Positions 8,766-18,178 of a stretch of DNA of 64,000 bases are shown piece after piece; positions within the stretch are counted from its first letter, which is position 1, and every line of letters begins with the position of its first letter. Origin of the DNA: a virus. A model generated the notes under the pieces. That model was given only the letters and a program-made list of their open reading frames with translations. It was not told where the DNA came from and made no database searches. Made by a program: the position numbers and the translations under genes. The stretch spans positions 26,059 through 90,058 of IMG/VR virus record IMGVR_UViG_3300028854_000012, one strand, 5' to 3'.

Positions 8766-11470
8766 TGATTATTGAAAATTTTATAAATGAATTATATAAC
8801 GATAAGCCACTTAAAAATGCTCTTGTAGCATTGAAGCCAGAAATTGTGCGAAGAGTTCAACGGGAATATGATAAGTGGAGAGGTGGAATGGGTATTTGTG
8901 ATTATATTGCACGGACGATTCGTTATGTCATAGAAGAAGATATTCCAGATGCAAAAGTAAGTATTATAGATAAAGAAAGTTTTCATTATTGGGTAAGAGT
9001 GTGGTTAGGAAAAGAATGTTACGATGTTGATATTCCATTCGGAAAATATGAAAGATATAACTATAAAAATGATAAATTTATAAAAATACCAAATGTAGTA
9101 TTTAATATTCATGATATTTTCATTTATCGAACCTCCACATCATTTTTAAAAGCACCATGGGAAATAAAAAAATCATACGTTCCACACAAAGATGATCAGT
9201 ATTATCATTTAAATGATCATTTACTTGTTAAAGAATCTCCAGATTTTAATTATACAAGATTTAATAACAGAGATGAAGCTATTAAGAAAATAAAATTTAA
9301 AGAAGTTGAGAGTAATTATCTTGGAGAATATTGTAATATTACTGCTTTTTATAAAAATGATGATGTGGGGGTTATAAATTTATTTAAATATAAACCAGAT
9401 TCAGAAGTAATAGTTGAATCTATAGAAATTAAACCACGTTGGAAAGGGACAGGATTGGGGCAGTTGTTATATGAAAAGGGTATAGCATACGCAAAGAAAA
9501 ATGGTTTTGAAAATTTCTGTTCAGATACAAATAGGTCAGATGAAGCAAATAAAGCGTGGCAAAGATTGTCTCAACGATATCCAGTGAGATTACTGAAAAT
9601 AAAAATTAGGGGAGCGATGAAAAATCGTTATGAGATTGATCTTAGTAAAGTTCCTTTAAAAGAATCAATAATATTTGAAGAGCCGGATTTTGGATATAAA
9701 ACCTTCAACAACAGAGACGAGGAATTAGAACAATTAAAATTTAGATATGAGGTTAAAGCATCATTAATAGCTATCACAATTTATAAAAATTCTGATGATA
9801 GTATTAATCAACAATATCCATTAGGAGTTATTGAAGCTATAAAAGATTCTTTATGTATTACAATTGAAGGGGAAGATCAATCTAAAGTTAATTCGTGGTT
9901 TATTACCGTTGCTAGTATACCAAATGATTGGAGAGGAACTGGTTTAGGACAGATATTATATGAAAAAATGATTATTGCGGTTAGAAGTGTTGGTGGAAAA
10001 TATTTATGGAGTGATGTTAGCTTAAATAAAAATTCAAGGTCTGCTTGGGAAAGACTTTCCAAAAGATTTACAGTATTAAAAATTAAAAATAGATATAGAA
10101 TGACTATACCAGAAAAACAAAAAAGATTGAGAATTAAAGAATCGCCAGATTATGGGTATAAAATCTTCAACAACAGAGAAGAAGAAATTTCTAAACTGAA
10201 ATGGGTTGTTATTCATAATGAAGATGGAATTATTGTAAAAGCAGTTGAAGAGAATAGATATAATAGACCAAGTGGTGATAGTATATATGGAAATTATGAA
10301 GGTTTGATAGTTGCAAGACCTATTCCAAAAGATGCAACAATTGGAAAAGGAATTCAAATAACTTTAAGTAAATTACATAATACACAAACAAAAACTTGGC
10401 AAAGCACCGGTTTGGGTCAAATGCTATATGATCGGATTATTCAAGAAGCTAAGAAAGCTGGTTATGATTTTATAACTAGTGATTTCGATAGATCATTAGA
10501 TGCCAATAAAGCATGGAAGAAAATATGTCAACGATATAATGTAACAAAAGTAAAAGCATTTGATGGTGATAAGTATTTTAGAATAGATTTGGAAGATGTT
10601 CCAAATAAAATAAATGAAGATATCGGTAATATTGTAAAAACAAAATCATTATATTATGGAAGTGCGGCGCGTCCAAAAACAAAAACAGAGTTGCTTATCA
10701 ACAACAGGGTTAAAGGAGAGATTTATTTAAGTTCACCTATGGATTTTGATAACGATGATTTGGACTGGTCATTTGATGTTCCTATTGAAAAAACAGAAAT
10801 GATAACCTACGTTGATATTGATCCTATCTATCGTAATAGAGGTTATGGAAAATTATTATATAATGCTGCTATGAAGAATGCAAAACAACGCGGAATAAAA
10901 ATAATTATAAGTGGTATGCCACAATCATCAGATGCATTACGGGTATGGAATAGTTTAGCTAGAGAAGGAAAAGTTAAGAAGAATCATGATTGGGGAATGT
11001 ATATCGATTTAGAGAATATTTCAGATAAAATAAATGAATCACCAGATTTTGGTTATCAACAGTTTAATAATAGGGATGTTGATTTTAAAAAAATTAAATT
11101 TGAAACTGAAATGAATGCAACTGGGTTTTTTATTTTTTCATATTTTGATGGTCGTGATGCCGGTCATATTGGATGCACTATTAGAGAAAAACTTTTTCCG
11201 CCACCAAAAACATATAAAGTCAGTCAATTAGTTATAATACAGAGTGTTGATACAGAAAAAGAATGGAGAGGAACAGGTTTAGGACAAACTCTTTATGATA
11301 TGGCAATTAAGAAAACTAAAGAACTTGGATATAAATATTTTAGAAGTGACATTTCATTATCAAATGATGCATTTAATGCTTGGAAAAAATTATCACAAAG
11401 ATATCCTGTTACAAAATATTTAACAAGTTTAGGAAAACCATATTTTGAAATTGATTTAGAGAATATTTAA
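8765..11470 (+). CDS. multidomain protein: putative Cys-His-Asp N-terminal domain plus five tandem GNAT acetyltransferase domains
   Basis: GICD..HYWV..YDVD N-terminus; five acetyl-CoA motif A copies (WKGTGLG, WRGTGLG, WQSTGLG, YRNRGYG, WRGTGLG). Confidence 0.8.
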   Translation: MIIENFINELYNDKPLKNALVALKPEIVRRVQREYDKWRGGMGICDYIARTIRYVIEEDIPDAKVSIIDKESFHYWVRVWLGKECYDVDIPFGKYERYNYKNDKFIKIPNVVFNIHDIFIYRTSTSFLKAPWEIKKSYVPHKDDQYYHLNDHLLVKESPDFNYTRFNNRDEAIKKIKFKEVESNYLGEYCNITAFYKNDDVGVINLFKYKPDSEVIVESIEIKPRWKGTGLGQLLYEKGIAYAKKNGFENFCSDTNRSDEANKAWQRLSQRYPVRLLKIKIRGAMKNRYEIDLSKVPLKESIIFEEPDFGYKTFNNRDEELEQLKFRYEVKASLIAITIYKNSDDSINQQYPLGVIEAIKDSLCITIEGEDQSKVNSWFITVASIPNDWRGTGLGQILYEKMIIAVRSVGGKYLWSDVSLNKNSRSAWERLSKRFTVLKIKNRYRMTIPEKQKRLRIKESPDYGYKIFNNREEEISKLKWVVIHNEDGIIVKAVEENRYNRPSGDSIYGNYEGLIVARPIPKDATIGKGIQITLSKLHNTQTKTWQSTGLGQMLYDRIIQEAKKAGYDFITSDFDRSLDANKAWKKICQRYNVTKVKAFDGDKYFRIDLEDVPNKINEDIGNIVKTKSLYYGSAARPKTKTELLINNRVKGEIYLSSPMDFDNDDLDWSFDVPIEKTEMITYVDIDPIYRNRGYGKLLYNAAMKNAKQRGIKIIISGMPQSSDALRVWNSLAREGKVKKNHDWGMYIDLENISDKINESPDFGYQQFNNRDVDFKKIKFETEMNATGFFIFSYFDGRDAGHIGCTIREKLFPPPKTYKVSQLVIIQSVDTEKEWRGTGLGQTLYDMAIKKTKELGYKYFRSDISLSNDAFNAWKKLSQRYPVTKYLTSLGKPYFEIDLENI

Positions 11471-11481
11471 AGAGGTATAAT

Positions 11482-11915
11482 ATGCAAAATTTAGAAATGA
11501 TAATGAAAATAGCATCTGCAACGCTTTTTAGTTTTTATCTTAAAAGTCATATGATACATTTTAATATTATTGGACCAAATTTTTTCAATATCATAAACTC
11601 ACGGATGAAATCTGGAAAGATACTATTGAAGAATTTGATGGAATTTCTGAACAGATTAGAGCATTGGATATTATTGCTCCCGCATCATTATCAGAATTTC
11701 AAGAATTATCTCAAATTGAAGATATGATAAAACCGATAGAGGCAAAAGCAATGCTTTATGAACTTCTTCTTGATAATGAAAAATTAATAGAGCTTCTTAA
11801 AGAAGCAAACTCATTATCTGTTCCACACCCCGGACTTGGTAATTTTTTACAATCTTTGATTGATAAACATGAAAAAATAGGATGGTTCCTTCGTGTAACA
11901 GTAAAAGGAATTTAA
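11482..11915 (+). pseudogene. dps: Dps/ferritin-like protein, frameshifted (probably a sequencing error)
   Basis: HFNIIGPNF then FQYHKL..E..D..SEQIRAL..DKHEKIGWFLR in another frame; one T missing from the T-run at about 11580-11585. Confidence 0.8.
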
Positions 11916-11917
11916 AA

Positions 11918-12655
11918 ATGAAAATTAAAGAGCTTCTCCAAGAATCAACCATACCACAGAATGTAATTACTATTCTTCGAGAATTGATGCCTGTTTTGAA
12001 ACCGGGATTATCAACACCATTAATTAAAATAGTAAATCATATAAATCCAAAATATTTAGGTATGGATAGTTGGGGTTATAGAATTAAAGGTGGAGTTGAA
12101 TCCTGTGATACATTTACTACCATATATCTTCAAAAATATATTCTTACAGATGAAAAAACATTAAAGAGGGTTTTAGCGCATGAGCTTTGCCATCATGAAA
12201 TTTCACTTACAATAGATACTGAACGATTTAATATATTGGGATTTAAAAGATATATGTCTTATTGTAAATCCCATAGAAATGAAAGTCATGGAAAAGATTG
12301 GAAGGAAGTTGCAAATAGATTTAATGCAATATATGGAAAAGATTTTGTAACTAAAAACTCAGATATAGATTATATTTTAGATACTTCTCTTATGAAACCT
12401 TTTTATGTTGTATTACAAGATTATAAAGGAAGAAAATGGTTTGCAAGCACTGTTAGGTTTGGAGATAAACAGAAACAATATTTATCAAGACAATATTCTC
12501 CTTGGAAAATGTTTAAAACTAATGATCGATCTTTTATGACAAAATATTTTGGTGTTGGGTGGTGTAAAGCCCCACAAACTCATATAGAAGATAAATGGGA
12601 TGATCTTTGGAAGAGCGGCGAAGTCATATTATCTGGAAATTTGGATAAAGAATAA
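11918..12655 (+). CDS. SprT-like zinc metalloprotease
   Basis: LAHELCH (HExxH) and HGKDWK; start at MKIKELLQE. Confidence 0.7.
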   Translation: MKIKELLQESTIPQNVITILRELMPVLKPGLSTPLIKIVNHINPKYLGMDSWGYRIKGGVESCDTFTTIYLQKYILTDEKTLKRVLAHELCHHEISLTIDTERFNILGFKRYMSYCKSHRNESHGKDWKEVANRFNAIYGKDFVTKNSDIDYILDTSLMKPFYVVLQDYKGRKWFASTVRFGDKQKQYLSRQYSPWKMFKTNDRSFMTKYFGVGWCKAPQTHIEDKWDDLWKSGEVILSGNLDKE

Positions 12656-12673
12656 ATATAGTATAGGTGAGTT

Positions 12674-13174
12674 ATGAAAATTTCTGAACTTTTAAAAGAG
12701 ACTGCCTCTTGTGGTTCAACAAGTGCAGGTTCAATTGCGACTGTTAATGCAACAGGAACTCCACCCAAAGGTCAATTCTTTGGAGGAGACCCATCTAGTT
12801 CAATTTATGGAGTTATACATAAAAATAGAAAAAACAGAAAGAAACCAATTAAAGAAGGTTTAACTAAAAATTCGCGTGGGACATATCTTTTTATATATAA
12901 TCCTGATGTTGGTTTGTTTATTCGTAAAGGAGAATTTTCTAATCATGGTAGATTATTTGGAAAAGTATTTGATAGAGTATATCCAAAAATACAATTTGAT
13001 GAATTTGATCGCGGTTATATAGTAGTTTCTATCGATGATAAGAGTTTACTAATAATGCCAACAAGTGCTCGTGAATATTTTGATTATGACATAGAAAAAA
13101 TATTTGAAAATAAATATTCTAAGAAATATAAAATAAAAATGTCGAATCGTTTTAGAAGTTATTATTTAAATTAG
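12674..13174 (+). CDS. two-module hypothetical protein; N-terminus resembles mature capsid N-terminus
   Basis: LKETASCGSTSAGSIATVN vs capsid LRESATTGSTSAGNIATLN; second half paralogous to 13182 ORF. Confidence 0.7.
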   Translation: MKISELLKETASCGSTSAGSIATVNATGTPPKGQFFGGDPSSSIYGVIHKNRKNRKKPIKEGLTKNSRGTYLFIYNPDVGLFIRKGEFSNHGRLFGKVFDRVYPKIQFDEFDRGYIVVSIDDKSLLIMPTSAREYFDYDIEKIFENKYSKKYKIKMSNRFRSYYLN

Positions 13175-13181
13175 AGGTAAT

Positions 13182-13847
13182 ATGAAGATAAAAGATATAA
13201 TTCGTGAAAGTGTCGATATTGGGAAGGGTGTCCCTCCAGAAGAATCAAAAAAATTCACAACATTTTTGTGGATATATCATCGAGATACTGGATTAGTTGT
13301 TCGTAGAGGACGATATGCAATGCATTCCACTATATTTTACGATATGATTCGTGATTGGCGTATGCGTTTTGATGATTTTGATCGAGGTTATATAAAACTT
13401 GATCCAAAAACTAAAACAATGTATGTAATGCCCACCGATCCACGAGAATATTTTGTGTATGATGTTAAAAAAGTATTTGAAAAAGAATTTCCAAAATGGC
13501 ATATCGAATTATTTGAAAAATGTAAATATGCCTTTAATCCCGGAAACAGATTACGCGATTCTGTTAAAGAAGCAATAAAAGAAACAATATACCTAATTCA
13601 ATATAAACTTCGTTTCTACACACCAGAAGATATACCGGATATTAAAATACAAGTATTAAATAGATTTAAGGAAACGATTGAAAGGGAAAGTTATCGAAAG
13701 AATATGATAGTTAATACAGAAATTAAAGATGAGATAGTATACGTAAAATCATCTTATGAAGGTTATAAAATAGAATTACCAAAAGTATTATCTAATAAAA
13801 ATACAATTAAAGATTTTAAAGTAACATCGGTGGCAAATGAAAAATAA
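13182..13847 (+). CDS. hypothetical protein (MKIKDIIRE)
   Basis: GAGG RBS; shares FD-x-FDRGY..MPT..REYF domain with previous ORF. Confidence 0.7.
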   Translation: MKIKDIIRESVDIGKGVPPEESKKFTTFLWIYHRDTGLVVRRGRYAMHSTIFYDMIRDWRMRFDDFDRGYIKLDPKTKTMYVMPTDPREYFVYDVKKVFEKEFPKWHIELFEKCKYAFNPGNRLRDSVKEAIKETIYLIQYKLRFYTPEDIPDIKIQVLNRFKETIERESYRKNMIVNTEIKDEIVYVKSSYEGYKIELPKVLSNKNTIKDFKVTSVANEK

Positions 13848-15033
13848 AACAATAATTGGATCGACCAAACCGTTTCGTGAACCGGGTGTCTTAAAGGCAA
13901 CTGACAAAGTTAAATCAGTTGGAAAGGTTCTTGGTGGTAATCCAAAAAAAGGAACATTGAGTAAGAAATTTTTTGGTTGTTCAGTTATTAAAGATATGAG
14001 TAATAAAAAAATATTGGATGAAGAAATTAATTCGTTTTCTAAATTACATGAGCTAAATGATCATGAAGGTGCAGCTTTAATATTACAGAATAAAGAAGTT
14101 TTTATTGGAATATGGCATGCAGAATTAAGAAAAGAAGCAAGTATACAATATGGTTATAAAATGGCATCTCTTTCAAACGGCGCAATTAGAGTTAGATATA
14201 CTGGTAGTGTTGAAGGGTATGGTGATGGAACAGTTATAGAATTTGAAAAGAAAGATATTAAAGTAATTTCAAATATTATAGAAGTTATAGATAATATTAA
14301 TTCTCCGGCTGATATGTTTTTATTGGAATATACCGGGCCATTGGGTTATTGGTCTGCTAAAGGAAATTCATCAGAAGTAATAGAAAAATTAGAAAAATGG
14401 GGAAATCCAGATAAACCATCTATGTCTACTAGTGTATCATATTGGCATAATTCTAATTTAGATGAATCAAAAGATAAAATTTTAGAATATAATTACAATA
14501 ATGATACACCAACACCAATGATTGGTGGTTTAGAACTTTTAAAACAAATTAATATACGAAATAGTGCAGCATTAATATCGGCGGATAACAATGTTTATTT
14601 GGGAGATGAACATTATTTACTACGAAGATATTTTAGAAGCGTTGGTATTAATCCCGAACTTCAAACTGGTGTAGTTAGAATTAGATTCGAAGGAACCGAA
14701 GGATTTTATAATACAACTATTGAATTTGCTAAAAAAGATACAGAAACAATTCAGCGCGTGTTTACAGCATTGGATTATGTTGCTGCACCAAATGGAACAT
14801 ATGTAGTTGAATATACTATGTCAAATGTAAGAAAGGATTTTAGGGGAACATCTGAAGAAATAAAAAAAGAAATAGAAAAATGGTTAAATCCAGTAGCGCC
14901 ATCTTATAGTAGTAATATGAATTATTGGAGAACACAGGAATCTAAAAAATCTCTCGGTAGATTATTGGATGAAGCAAAACAAAAAAGAGAATTAACAAAA
15001 AGATTGCAGGAAGAATTTGGTAAATTTGTATGA
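13837..15033 (+). CDS. hypothetical protein with two internal repeats
   Basis: AALI..V..G..H..LR..R.R..G..EG....IEF.KKD..EYT..G.S.E...EKW.NP..PS occurs twice. Confidence 0.7.
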   Translation: MKNKTIIGSTKPFREPGVLKATDKVKSVGKVLGGNPKKGTLSKKFFGCSVIKDMSNKKILDEEINSFSKLHELNDHEGAALILQNKEVFIGIWHAELRKEASIQYGYKMASLSNGAIRVRYTGSVEGYGDGTVIEFEKKDIKVISNIIEVIDNINSPADMFLLEYTGPLGYWSAKGNSSEVIEKLEKWGNPDKPSMSTSVSYWHNSNLDESKDKILEYNYNNDTPTPMIGGLELLKQINIRNSAALISADNNVYLGDEHYLLRRYFRSVGINPELQTGVVRIRFEGTEGFYNTTIEFAKKDTETIQRVFTALDYVAAPNGTYVVEYTMSNVRKDFRGTSEEIKKEIEKWLNPVAPSYSSNMNYWRTQESKKSLGRLLDEAKQKRELTKRLQEEFGKFV

Positions 15034-15515
15034 GATTAATTGAAATGTTTTCTGATTCAGATGAGATGGCTAAAAAATATCCTGTAACTTTAAATAATTA
15101 TGATACTAAACAAATTATTAGTGATTTGAAAACGTTGTCCATAGAAAAATTTACATGGATAACCTCACCGTTAAAATACTCAGATTATATGAATTGGGGT
15201 AATATTCCATCTGAAACTAAAATGGATACATTGATAAAACATAATGAATTTGAATTTAAAAATATAAATCCGCATACATTAATAACTTATCAGAAAGAAG
15301 TGTCAATTGAAACTATTTTATTAGCTATGAAAAATATAAATATGGGACAAGATAATAAAAGATCATATGAAAGATTTCCAATAATTAAACAGTGGAATGG
15401 GAAAAATTATTTAATAGACGGAAATCATCGAGCCGTAGCAGCACTGTGGTCAAATAGATTACTACCTTGTAGATGTTTAAATATAGAAATATTTTTTGAT
15501 GTGGAGCCATTTTAA
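15030..15515 (+). CDS. ParB/Srx-like domain protein
   Basis: PII...YLIDGNHRAVAA motif. Confidence 0.7.
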   Translation: MRLIEMFSDSDEMAKKYPVTLNNYDTKQIISDLKTLSIEKFTWITSPLKYSDYMNWGNIPSETKMDTLIKHNEFEFKNINPHTLITYQKEVSIETILLAMKNINMGQDNKRSYERFPIIKQWNGKNYLIDGNHRAVAALWSNRLLPCRCLNIEIFFDVEPF

Positions 15516-15516
15516 T

Positions 15517-16359
15517 ATGAGGCTGAACGAGTTGGCAAGAAAAAAGAAAATTGTTACTCCATATGATCCTGTTGAAGCCGCGCGTGAAAGCCTTGAATGG
15601 TATAAAGAAGATGGTATTAAAAGATGTCCAAATAATACATTACAACTTTTTGTTCCTCGAAAAATAGAACGATATGCAACAAAGAAAGAACGCGAAGAAC
15701 ATATTTTACGAGATAGAGCCAAATATGCATATGACGATAATGGTGATATGATTCCTCAATATAGAGATTGGGTCAATAATGTCCACGAATCTATAATAGA
15801 TGAAGGTGCTCCGGTGCTTGCTGGTGGAAATCCATTAATTGGTGGAAGCAAACCTTTAAGTGCGTTATTATGGACAAGCACAGCTAAAAAATTAGATAAT
15901 GGTAAGTGGACAAGTGACTGGAATAATTTTATCCAAGGTGGAAATCTCGGTAGTTCCATACCATCAAAAATTGGATACTTATATAAAGTTCTGCCAAATA
16001 CATTAGTATATGAATTAGATAGTGCTCAAGATGCATTAATTATATATAAAATTTTTAAAGATTTGGGAAGACCTAATAAAGCATTAGATGATCCAAATAA
16101 TTGGGAACGAACAAGTGAATTTTATAGGAATAGTAATGATACAGATATAAGTATTATACAAAAAGATTTTCCGTGGCCAGATTTGTCAGCTAATTTCGAT
16201 TGTATACATCATTGGGGTGGTAGAAATAGTTTTAATTATGATTCTTTTACTGGTGGATACGATGTGGAAAGTTCGTGTTTTTTCAAACCAAATCAACTTG
16301 AATTGCTTGGACAAGTTCCACTATGGACGCCCGAAGATGATAAAGAAGATGATTTTTAA
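15517..16359 (+). CDS. hypothetical protein (MRLNEL N-terminus)
   Basis: Start at ATG 15517; KP..LWTS..W...GYDVES motif. Confidence 0.65.
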   Translation: MRLNELARKKKIVTPYDPVEAARESLEWYKEDGIKRCPNNTLQLFVPRKIERYATKKEREEHILRDRAKYAYDDNGDMIPQYRDWVNNVHESIIDEGAPVLAGGNPLIGGSKPLSALLWTSTAKKLDNGKWTSDWNNFIQGGNLGSSIPSKIGYLYKVLPNTLVYELDSAQDALIIYKIFKDLGRPNKALDDPNNWERTSEFYRNSNDTDISIIQKDFPWPDLSANFDCIHHWGGRNSFNYDSFTGGYDVESSCFFKPNQLELLGQVPLWTPEDDKEDDF

Positions 16360-17135
16360 ATTTTATGTCTAATCACTCCTTGAATATAACCTAAATCTTT
16401 AAAAGATGAAAATTCTACTGGATTAATAACCTTGCAAATTCCTAATGATACGTTTTTAATATATATTTTTCCAGTGTTAGTGTGTGCTTGTTTCTTATTT
16501 GATTCTTCTTTTCTTATTCTTCCTTGAATAAATCCTTGAATTTCATATATAGGCCAGTCATTTAATTTTATAAATTTTGCTGTTTTTAAAAGCGCATGAT
16601 AAATATGAATTCTATTTTTACTTGATTCTGAAACCTTTTCTTTAGTGGAAAGCGATGATTTTTTCTTACCTAAAGAAAATCCCAAATTTATATAATATTG
16701 TAATTCTGATAGTTTAATTGGAAATTGAACTACTCCATTATTAATCCATTTTCTACCAATTTTTGATTTAGATTTTCTGGAACGAGTTATTGCGCTATTT
16801 GGAAATGGACCAAGGGGAACACTTTCGTGTTGATTATACCACATTGGATTATTGGCGGCTTTGATTTTTGTAAGAAATTTAGATTCATATAATAAACATT
16901 GTTTGGAATTTGTAAAAATTTTTCTAACTTCTACAATAAAAGAATCTTTGCCTTCTATTTTAATAATATTCTTTACAATTTTACTGGATGAAAAATATTT
17001 AGTCCATAAATCAGAAGGTAGACAGCCTATTCTTGTTTTGCTTCCAGCATATCTTTTTCCATCTGAAATATGTGTTAAAATATAAAAGAACGGTGTTCGA
17101 TCTGTTGCGGTGAATAATTCTGAATAAATAGGCAT
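16356..17135 (-). CDS. GIY-YIG-like (Seg-type) homing endonuclease
   Basis: FYILTH...RYAGSK..YFSSS..E..YN; C-terminal NUMOD-like repeats (KWINNG, GF-x-x-G). Confidence 0.75.
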   Translation of the reverse strand: MPIYSELFTATDRTPFFYILTHISDGKRYAGSKTRIGCLPSDLWTKYFSSSKIVKNIIKIEGKDSFIVEVRKIFTNSKQCLLYESKFLTKIKAANNPMWYNQHESVPLGPFPNSAITRSRKSKSKIGRKWINNGVVQFPIKLSELQYYINLGFSLGKKKSSLSTKEKVSESSKNRIHIYHALLKTAKFIKLNDWPIYEIQGFIQGRIRKEESNKKQAHTNTGKIYIKNVSLGICKVINPVEFSSFKDLGYIQGVIRHKI

Positions 17136-17200
17136 ATGCTGTTGCTCCTTAAAAGCGATAGAATTGGTGGGACAGTGAATCCGCGACCAATAGTATTTAT
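17136..17200. ncRNA. conserved two-hairpin motif at endonuclease 5' end (copy 1)
   Basis: Same architecture as 31547-31612 with compensatory stem changes. Confidence 0.6.
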
Positions 17201-17249
17201 CTTTTTGAAATAAAAATTATGTTGTTGAAAATAATGAACTTATTTTTAG

Positions 17250-17278
17250 TTGACAACAGGACAAAACTTTGATATACT
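17250..17278 (+). promoter_or_regulatory. sigma70-type early promoter
   Basis: TTGACA-17-TATACT with extended -10 TG. Confidence 0.85.
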
Positions 17279-17313
17279 AATATTGTAGTTGAGAAAAAGA
17301 AAGGAATACTAAA

Positions 17314-17658
17314 ATGTTCACTCCATTGACCCCGCGCCAAAAGACCTTGCTTGTGAATAATGTCTTGTCTGCATGTAAGGACATTAGAACGCTAAAGAAA
17401 AATGGTTACCATTTTTTATATTTGTCAAGTGGAATGATAGCCCATTATAATCGTGGAGGATTCATTGATTATTATATGGATAATGATCTTGCCACTGATA
17501 TTATCAATAATGCGCAAATGAATCAGTGGAATAATTTTAGGTTCGGTGATCGGGATTATGATTATATGATGGAAAAAAAGGATATTTATAATCGTATTCT
17601 CGCTGGTCTTGGTATAGTTGATTTGGGAGAACATATTCCAAATAAGTTTTGGTTTTAA
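17314..17658 (+). CDS. hypothetical early protein
   Basis: AAGGA RBS, directly after early promoter. Confidence 0.7.
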   Translation: MFTPLTPRQKTLLVNNVLSACKDIRTLKKNGYHFLYLSSGMIAHYNRGGFIDYYMDNDLATDIINNAQMNQWNNFRFGDRDYDYMMEKKDIYNRILAGLGIVDLGEHIPNKFWF

Positions 17659-17661
17659 CAT

Positions 17662-17925
17662 AATTTCAATTGGGAGGTCGGCTTAAAGGTAGCCATCCTT
17701 TAAAGAGTGAGTCGTGATACAGGGATTGCGGAAGTTATATCGGAATGATATGCAAGGGCAATCTTGGGTGCAGTTGTTTAGACCGATTGCCAAGATTAAC
17801 TGCATTACAACCAAACACTATTGGCACGTGGATAATAGTTGATACGTTTTTTGCTACGCAAACTATTGTTGGTCTGATAAGGCAAGATATGGACTCTTTG
17901 GTGTAGAAACACACCAATTGAAATT
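17662..17925 (+). ncRNA. structured RNA resembling the 23S rRNA L11-binding domain (H43/H44)
   Basis: 12-bp closing stem AATTTCAATTGG/CCAATTGAAATT; GGAGGTCGGCTTAAAGGTAGCCATCCTTTAAAGAGTG...GTGTAGAAACACAC aligns to the rRNA consensus. Confidence 0.7.
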
Positions 17926-17929
17926 TTAT

Positions 17930-18178
17930 CAATCTTAGAAAAGAAAATACAAATGAATTTTATGTAAATTAATCCTTGACAAACAACAAATTATATAGTA
18001 TCATAATAATGTGATGATAATCAAATCACATATGTAACAAGAAAATATAGGGATGGAATGTCCCGAATTTACGCTTGTGGAGATACCACTACTGGGCAAC
18101 GTTGATAAAAAATCAATCTTGTAGGCATGTGTCGATGAAACAAGAAGCCATAATTGCTTTAGCAATTGGGTGATTCAC
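17930..18178 (+). mobile_element. non-autonomous IS200/IS605 derivative (left end, promoter, omegaRNA scaffold, right end)
   Basis: Follows TTTAT; left end AGAAAAGAAAATAC..ATGAATTTT matches 34581; 3' 130 nt match the tnpB 3' end and finish GGGTGATTCAC. Confidence 0.8.

Noticed and set aside
11570-11600. Programmed -1 frameshift in dps at A_AAT_TTT
   Set aside because: The heptamer fits, but similar single-base losses in homopolymers also break tnpB (about 34960), the ORF at 55173-55444 and a small ORF near 63325; systematic sequencing error is simpler. Raw reads would decide.
17662-17925. True 23S rRNA gene or host contamination
   Set aside because: Only about 55 nt resemble rRNA, split by an insert and closed by a non-rRNA stem within phage genes
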